Assembly (NCBI GenBank): GCA_037146775.1 | Contig: JBAWWL010000009.1 | Span: 4,575 to 68,574 of the forward strand | Source: Candidatus Omnitrophota bacterium | GTDB taxonomy: Bacteria; Omnitrophota; Gorgyraeia; Duberdicusellales; 4484-171 | Reading direction: 5' to 3' | Length of the DNA stretch: 64,000 nt | Shown: in pieces, positions 14,301-23,300 of the stretch | Layout: each line of letters opens with the position of its first letter | How positions within the stretch are numbered: position 1 is the stretch's first letter | Program-made: the position numbers and the translations under genes | Notes under the pieces: generated by a model | Told to the model about the DNA's origin: nothing | What the model saw: the letters and a program-made list of their open reading frames with translations, nothing else | Database searches by the model: none

Positions 14301-17300
14301 CACCATGGGGCTGCTGGCGCTTGATCCAGCCGGCTTCATCCTGGCCATCCGAGCTAAAAACATTGCTCTAGTGATACTGATGATATCAGTCTCGGAACGC
14401 TCCATACAATATGTTGCGGGGATATTGGCGGCTAAAATCGCCGGCGCATCTCTGCGCACGTTTCCGGTAAGGATAGTTATCTGGCCCTGGCCAAAATCTT
14501 TACGATTAAAAGGATTGCTCTCGTCAGTAGAACCGTATTCTAAGCCTAGACGATATGCTCTCGCCATAATATTTGGCGACAGCCACTGCATAACTTTAAG
14601 CCGCGTATCAATTTCATTAATAATATCACCGACCTTGTCGATACTGCGATTCTGCCAATAAGGAGGTTCGCGCAGCTCCACTCCGCGTTTGGCCGCTGGG
14701 TTAATTCTTAAACTGCCGCGGAAAAGCGATAATTCCGTTTCATTATTCAAAGTATACTCCTCCTGCTGGCAGCCAATAATATCTAAAAACACTCTGGCGA
14801 TAGTGGTTTTTCCGCCGCCAGGTAAGCCTTGCAAATATATTACTTTGGAAGGTGAGTAGCGGTAAACTCTGGCTAAAAGACAAAACACTTTCTCCTCGGA
14901 ATTAGTTAGAAAATAATCTTTAGGAAGAACCGCTTTTAGGGCTTCACTAAACGCCGGAACTCTTCCGTCAGTGGCCAATCTCTCGGCGACATGTTTTCCG
15001 AAACGGCTTTCTGGATCAATATCTACTTTTATACCGGCAAATACACTTGTCTTTCCGTCAGCAGAAATCTCAACTGATCCCCGGGGCGCATCGCCAACGA
15101 CACTTCGTAGGGCATTAATAACTTCTGCTTCCTGTAAATCAGAAAATTTTGCCGCCAAATGCATTGCCGCTTCCTGCCTGGCTACCTCAAGTAGCGGCAC
15201 CGTAAAATTGTTATCATTCATCCTGCCGCGCACATAATAAGCAATCTGTACGACATCCTGCACGTTAACCTTATCACCAAATACACGCGACTCTTTAATT
15301 TTTGCGTAAACATTATTTACCAGAAAGTCAGCAACTTCTGCCGTTACGCCAACTCTTAGGGCTAAATATTGCTGTATCTCTTTAGCTTCTAATTCCGCTA
15401 AATAATACCCGGCAGTTCTATCCATGAATGACTCATCGCCGATATCTGCGCTACGCTCCATGGTCAGCACTACTTGCAGGTTATCCGGCAAATTTACTTC
15501 TACTTGCTTACGCCCGCTTACGCTTTCAGCGCGGCGAAGCATAACTTTACGCTCCAGTAACATTTGATGCAAAGAAATACGTACGTCTCCTGACCAAAAG
15601 TTAGGATTCTCTAACACGAAATATACTTGTTTATCAGAATGCGCCAAAGCAAAATCTATAGCCCGCGCTATGGCGCCATCCACAAAATCCATTTCTCCAT
15701 TTGCATCCGGTTGCTCCTTACCAAACAATTCATTGCGTTGGCTAAAACCGCTGATAGTAACCGGGATTACTTCGCTATTGGGCTTACCCGCGCTATCAGC
15801 TTCTTGAGAAAGAGCATCTACTACCACATCTGTAAAATGCCCGGCTGGCACAAAAACAAATAACGGCATATCGCAGGCGCGCGCACGTTCTGCTGCTGCG
15901 CTAAGTTTGCGGTAACTCGGCAGACCGGGTACACTTTTGACCTCTTCTGCTTCCGGACCTAACTTTTGTTCATCCATTTGGAACCTGCCATAATCAAACA
16001 GTTCCAACATCTTATAACGGTTAACTTCGCTGCCGCGCTCAACACCCGCCTCTAAAAACAAATCCTTAAATGCCGGCCTTCTAAAAACTCCCTCTAGCAC
16101 CTCAGCAAACTGTTGTCTGCTTTCCCAAGGAACAAACCGGCCATATATCCCAATCGCTACCATTGCGAAATAGTCAAATACACGGGATTTGGCCAAACGC
16201 ATATCGTGTAAATACCAGCGGCTAAATATTTTCCTAAAACGCATAGATTCGCGGTAACTTACTTCACCCACTGTCTGTAACCTGTGACTTTTTCTGGCTT
16301 CAATAATACTTTCGGTCAATTCCCGGCTTAAACGTTTAATCCTTATTGCCTCATCAGTAGTAAGTTTTGAGCGCTCGCCCATCAACCGCCGGATATAATT
16401 GCGCAAAAATGACTCATGCTTCAGCGTAAGTTCTGTTCTGGTTATTTCAGGATCAAAAAGTTTTGGAAATTCTGTCCTAAACTTAGTCGGAGACAATCCT
16501 TCCCGGGCGACAGGAAATCTTGCGGAAAGATTATGATATATGCCATCAACGAATTGAGGTTTTCTAACCTTTTCCATCAAAAGCTCTTTCTGCTTAAGAC
16601 GTAATATTGCGGTAATTTCTGAGGATAACAACTCCACAATCGCAATCCATTCTCCTCGATAACTCAAGTTTCCAAAAAGCCCGTCAAAGGCAGCCACAGA
16701 AATGCTTCGCACTGCATCAACCTGTCTGGCGGCGACTAAGTCTGTAAGCCAAATAGTAATATCTTCCGGCTTTGCTGTATCATTATCCATTGCTGCTTGA
16801 GCTAACTGAACAGCTCGCGACCAATCCTGTTCATGGATAGCTTCGCTTACGGTTGCAGTTTGGCTAAGCGCACTAGAAGCTTTACTTGGCCTTAAACTTT
16901 CCTCTACCGGACTTTCGATATACTTTCCTGGATGCCGGTGAAAATCTGCGTAGTTAGCATCCATGAATTGCTTGAATTCTTCCCAATCTAAAGTATAGTG
17001 ACTAAGATATTGCTGCAAGTTAGTACGGGTTAATTCGCTAAATGGGGCGGCAGGAAGCACAATACCTCGGGCTAAAGCATCGGCGTAATAGATTCTATTT
17101 TTAAGCCTTACTGCAAGCAGAGCTTGTTCAGCAGGATCAGTATTGACTACCACCGCCGCATAGTCGTCGCGGTATTGTTCCTGCATCAATAATTGTCTGT
17201 TAATACTGTTTAAGATTACCGGCCAGTCGAATTCATCTTTTTGGACTCCTACAGTAAAATCTGTCTCTGGATGTTTATTTAAATATTCTTTCACTATTGA

Positions 17301-20300
17301 CGCGGCCTCAACAAGAAAACCTTTATTGGAGAATGAACGTATCCAGGAATATACTTCAGAAGGAGACAACCATTGAGGATCTGCTTCCAATATTGGATTA
17401 ACTATTGAAACTATAGCGCTTCTGGCAAGTCCTCTATCTAATAAAAATTCTATAGCCTGCTTAGCATAAGACAAATTCTTCTGGCTACCGCGACTTGCCC
17501 GGCCTAAAATAAAAGCAAGCTCATGAGCCACACCAGCTGAACTTGTTTCCTTTAAAGCAGAGAGAGTTTCTTCTAAAATCGAGCTGTTTGTGTTTCTGGC
17601 CTTTTCTAATACATCACGAATATTCTGAAGAACACCAAGATCATTAACCCTTTCCATGGTAGCGACTAAATCTTTTATTTGCGTGCTAGTAAGCGCCATG
17701 GAACGTGTATTCTCTAATATCTGCTGCAATGCCCAGGCAAACGGCACGATAACATTCTGGTCGCTGGATTCTGTAATACCACTCACTAATTTATTAAAAA
17801 ATACATAATTATTGCTTGCTATCGCCCCTATTACTTTTGAAAATTCCCTCCGACTGCGAAAATCTAACTTTTTTTGCCTTAAAATATCAAGTATACGGTC
17901 TGCCTCACTCTCGCTAAGCTGTGAAGCCATACCACGAAATGCATCACTAAATGCATCAAAAAGTTTCATCCGCATAGGATCGTTATCTATTCCGACTCCT
18001 ACCTCACCTATGGCGCTGTATATTTTTTCTGCCAGCATAGGGTTATCAATCATCGCCCGCCTTAACGCGGTTATACTCGATTTATGCGTAGCGTCATCTT
18101 TTGCTGTCTTTATTGCATCCAAAAGCTGCTGAACTTGTTGTGTTATTCTCCAATCGTCACTCGTCGGGCTTGAAGCGCCTTGAGTTTTTATCGTAGATTC
18201 TGGCACTGCGCTCGATGCCTTCTCTGGTCTTAATTTTTCCTCTGCCGGGCTCATCATGAATCTTTCCGGATACTGGTGGAAGTCTGCATAGTTAGTATCC
18301 ATAAATTGTTTAAACTCTTTCCAACCCAAGGTATAGCGACTAAGATAATGCTGCAGGTTGGTTAGGGTTATTTCGCCAAAAGGAGTTACTGGAAGGCTAA
18401 CCCCCCTGACTAAAGCATCAGCATGATAGATTTTGTTTTTAAGTTGTACCGCGAGTAGAGTTTGTTCGGTAGAGTCAGCATTAGCTACTACTGCCGAATA
18501 AACTATTGCTGTATAGTCATGATAATACTGCCCTTGCGTGAGCAAGTTACGGTCAATACCAGATAAAACAATCGACCAATCATTTTCTTGTTTATCAGCT
18601 TCTTTGACTAAAAAGTTGCTATACGCTAAAAATACTTTTATCGCTTCAGTCGCTGCACGTTTAATAGCTTCAGAAGCCTGTGAAGTAATAATCCCTTTTA
18701 AAGTTTCAAGAAGTTCTTCTATGACAGTAACTGCAGCCTGGCTGCCTTTAGAAGCAGCATTACTTAATGCTGAAATTGCCGCTTTTTTTATCCTTTCCGA
18801 ACCATAATTAGTAATGATATTTTTTAGAATTACAGTAAGCTCTCCTATGGCACTAATCGCAGCTTGACCGTCATCATAAGCAACAGCATCCAAGCCTTCA
18901 ATTGCCGTTGCCCTCGTATTTTCTGCAATCGCGGAAGTGACAATCTCCTTAAGCGCGTCGACAGCAAAATTGCTACCACCAGAAACCGCGGCTCTTAAAG
19001 CGTTTATTGCTGGAACATTGATAGTTTCTGAGTTCTGAGAAATAGCTATATCTTTAAGCGCATTAACTGCAGATTGATTATTTCGGCTGGCAGCGATCTT
19101 TAATGCTTGCATTGCTGTCTCAACGAAATTTTGGTGTGAATTTTGCAAATTTAGAGACATAATCATGCCCTTTAATGTTGCGGAAACTTTTCCGATAACA
19201 GTAGCGGCAACCAACGATTGACTATTTTCAGCCACAGAGGCAGTACGTATTAATTCCACAATCACCTCAATCTTTTTTGCATCTGTATCAGCTTCATTGA
19301 ATTGTCTTTCCCACTCTGCTTGTGTTACTTCAACTGCACTGGAAACTTTACCTTTTGGTCTCAAGCTCTCTGTTTCCGGACTCTCGGTGTACTTTTGCGG
19401 ATGCTGGTGAAACTCTGTATAGTGAGCATCCATGAATTGTTTGAATTCTTCCCAAGATAAGGTATAGCGGCTGAGATACAAAGGAAGCTGTATCTTAGAT
19501 ATCTCTATAGGTTCAGGTACAGGATTAACACCTCTCATTTTCGCATCATCACAATAGACCCTTTGCTTAAGCTTAACGGCTAAAAGTTTTTGAGTTACTA
19601 AATCACTATTCGTTACCACTGCGAGATAGTCTTCAAGGTATTGTTGTTGCAAGAGAATACTTTTATCGATATGATTCAGGATAAGCGACCAGTCGGATTG
19701 GTCTTTAGCAGCTTCTTTAGCTAAGAAATCAGGGCTATGTTCTAAGAATATTTTTATCGCTTGAGTTGATATTTTTTTTATTTGCGCAGAAGCTTGAGAG
19801 GCAATAATACCTCTTAAAATATCGATAAGCTCACCCACAACGTCAGTAGCAGCCTGACTGCCCCCAGCAACAGCATTCCCTAAGTTATATATTGCTGATT
19901 GTTTGATATTTTCTGAAACTCTAGAAGTAATTATTTCTTTAAGAGTATTGGCAGCAGCTTGACTATTTCCAGCAGCACCAGCTCCTAATGCTTGAATCAC
20001 TGTTGACTTTAAATCTGCTGAAGCTTGACCAAAAATGATTTCTTTTAAATTTGTAACCAGTTCTCCTATAGCGCTAATGGTAGGCTGATTGCCTCGATGA
20101 GCAGCGGCTCCTAGTGTTTGGATTGCCGATTGCTTTAAAGCTTCAGAAAACTGGCCAGTGATGATTGCTTTTATATTTGTAGCCAGCTCTCCTACAGCAA
20201 CAACAGATGGTTGATTGCCCATAAAAGCAGCGACTCCTAGTGTTTGGATTACTGCTTGTTTTAAAGATTCAGAAGACTGGCCAGTGATGATTGCTTTCAG

Positions 20301-23300
20301 ATTTGTAGCCAACTCTCCTATAGCATCCATGGCAGGTTGACGGCCGCGAGCGGCAGCCATATTCAATGCTAAGATTGCTTCTTGCTTTACAATCTCGGAA
20401 GTTTCAGAGGTAATTATGTCCTTAAGCGCATCAATAGCAACCTGACCACCTCGATGGGCAGCGGCTGCTAATGCTCCGACTGCTGATTGTTTTATGGTCT
20501 CGGGAATTTGCGAGGCAACGATTTCTTTAAGTGCATCGACGGCAAGCTTACTACCTTCCGAAGCAGCAGCTGCTAATGTCAGGTTTGCTGCTTCTTTTAT
20601 GCCCGCTGAAGCTTGACCGGTAATGATATCTTTTAGCTTATTAGCCAGTTCTCCTACGGCGCCAATGGCGGTTTGACTGCCTTGAAGAGTAGCTTTTTTC
20701 AATCTATTAATTACCTCAATCTTCTTTATTTCTGTATCCGCTTCACCAAATTGTCTTTCCCACTCTGCTTGTGTTACTTCAATAGTGCTAGAAGCTTTTC
20801 CTCTTGGCCTCAAACTCTCATCCGCTGGACTTGCAGTATATTTTTCTGGATGCTGGTGAAAACCTAGATAGTAGGTATCCATGAATTCTTTAAATTCTTC
20901 CCAAGATAAGGTGTAGTGGCTAAGATAATACTGCAGGTTGGTTCTGGTTATTTCGCCAAAAGGAGTTGCTGGAAGTCTAACCCCCCTAGCTAAAGCATCG
21001 GTATGATAGATTCTATTTTTAAGTTGGACCGCTAGAAATGATTGTTCTAAAGAATCAACAGCTACCACCACGGCGACATAGCCATCACGGTATTGTTCTT
21101 GCATGAGCAAAGCTCTGTCGATGCTATTTAAAATTATCGGCCAGTCAACCTGCTGGTTGGCAATTTCATGGCTATGTAAATCACTTGCAGAATTTTTCTC
21201 AAGATATTCTTTAGCTAGTTTTTTAGCTTGATCAATAAAACCTCGCTCCATGAATAAACGTACCAGAGAATACATCTGAGAAGAATCAAAAGTTAGAGCT
21301 TTTGCTACGTTGACAAGGGCTGAAGCAAGTATATATAAAATATCGTTAGAAAGGTTCGCTAAGGCTTTTAAAAAATATATCGATAGTGCAGAATTATTAA
21401 CAAGCGCCTGGCTAACAGTTGCTGCAATAGTACCGCGAGTATCTTCAGAGTTATCCCCACGCTTGATAGCTGTAAGAAGAATATCAAGCTGTTCAGGCGT
21501 AAGCTGAAGAGTCCTTGCGTCACATAGTGCTAAATAAATTATCCCGGCTGCATCAATACGATTCTTATCATTAATATCATTGCGTTTTAATTCCTCAAGC
21601 GCCGACGGCAAAAGTTCGTGGTTATTAAACAGCGCCCTGCTAGCTGCTAGAGCGATATTGTTGTGCGCATCGTTACCGCGCTCCTCACTTTTCAAAGCAG
21701 CGACAAGAACACCAAACTGTATGGGCGTCAATTTGAGGCTTGAATTGTTATACAATGTGCGGTTGAGTAAACGAGCAATTTCTTGGTGCGTATTCTTTGA
21801 GTTATCTGGGCGTTGAAAGACTGCAAAGATACTACGCAAATGGTCATGGGTAGGCTTAATCATCCGAGCATCACATAACGCCAGATCTATCGCTTTTATA
21901 AAATCATAGCGGTTTTTATCAGTGATATCATCACGCTTTATTTCATCGAATGCCAAAGATAAAAGTCCTAGATTATTCACTAGTACCAAATGTATTGTTT
22001 CAGCAATTATCTCAATGGTCTTCTTAGAATTATTTGGTTGTTTTATGGCAGAAAAAATAATACTCAACTGCTCCGGTGTTGTCACAACAACGCTATGGCC
22101 ATTTAATATTTGACTGAGCGCCAAAGTAACTTGCGCCCGCTCAGTTTCATCTTGCGCCTGGCTAAGCTTATCAAAGTTAGTATCGAGTTCCCCCTGAGCA
22201 GTTAATGCCGACGATACCACCGGCCCCTTCACTTGGGCTATTGTTTCCTGGACTTTCTCTTCTAACCCCGAGCCCGTATCCAGCATCACCTCTAAATTAA
22301 AGCTCTTGCCTTTATTTGATGAGATTACCCTACTCGGATCATTGGTGATGGTAAGCGCGCTGGAAGCTTTGGTAAAATCACAGCCACCGGAGTAGTAGCG
22401 GCGGTTGATGTTCTGCTGGGTATTGGTATCGAATTCGTCTTTGATGTAGTTGTAGACGCCTTGTCTGTAGGCAGAGAGGTATTGTTTGTAGATCTTCTCT
22501 TTGATTTGTTTATCGGGGGTATCGATACCTTTAGTCTTTTTCCGGTTAACATAGATCTGACCGACTAAGCTTTCTTTGAGCTGCTTTTTAAACCATACGG
22601 AAAGAATTAAAGAGTTGTAGACCTGCCGTAAAGGAGCGAAGTTTTTGCCTTGATTGACTTCTTTTTCGATCTCAGGCAGGATGAGTTCTTTTAAGACTTC
22701 AGAGGAAACCTTGTTTAAGGCTTTTACTTTGTCTTCTTTGATCTTGGAGGTGCTATATTCCTGGTTATTGAGGTTGTTTTTGAGTGCCAGGTAGTCTTCT
22801 TCCAGCATGACTTTGAGCTTACTCTCTACCACAAAGGCGCTTGAATCTTCCTGATAGACCACCGCTTTATCCGGGACAATCCAGATCTTGTTGAAGGTAT
22901 TAATCGGTAGTTCAGTGGTACCATAGAGCTGGTAGACTTTCTTGTATACCTTCTCCCAGAACTGTTTACCTAGAGGACTCTCCGGATAAGTGATAGAAGC
23001 CATTAATTGTTTTAAGATGTAGTCTTCGGCAAGTAGGTCTTTACCCAGCTCCGTAATACCCAGTTCCTGGGGGATGACTCGTTCTTTTTCATAGGGTGAG
23101 AGGTTAACCCAGAGGTCTTCTTCCGGTATGGTTAAAGAGGCCAAGAAGTGCTTGATCAGTTTCTCTGAACTCTGTTTTAGTTCTTTTTGGCTAGAAGTGC
23201 TGTCTCCGCTATCCAGGATAAAGTCAAACTTGAAAGGCTCATCAGGATAGACTTTGATTCCTTTTAAAACCAGAGGGTTGAAAGCCGGGCTTACTTCCAA

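Noticed and set aside
5200-20700. Possible CRISPR array or other non-coding tandem repeats, suggested by the 120-126-nt periodic nucleotide repeats.
   Set aside because: The repeats are in frame inside a protein-coding ORF and translate to HEAT-like helical repeats. The period is a multiple of 3, and there is no spacer/repeat structure or nearby cas genes.
1264-22113. More than 30 plus-strand ORFs of 60-257 aa from the six-frame track across 1..23000, for example 13888..14661 (257 aa) and 10210..10641 (143 aa).
   Set aside because: They lie antisense to the single long minus-strand reading frame and have repetitive low-complexity compositions. The minus strand carries clear protein motifs in one continuous frame. 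These are antisense artefacts of a very long gene.
22325-22552. 75-aa minus-strand ORF MLTGKRLKVSIPP..., and its twin at 40921..41148.
   Set aside because: These are out-of-frame ORFs inside the duplicated 5' coding ends of the giant genes. They are useful only as a marker of the duplication.
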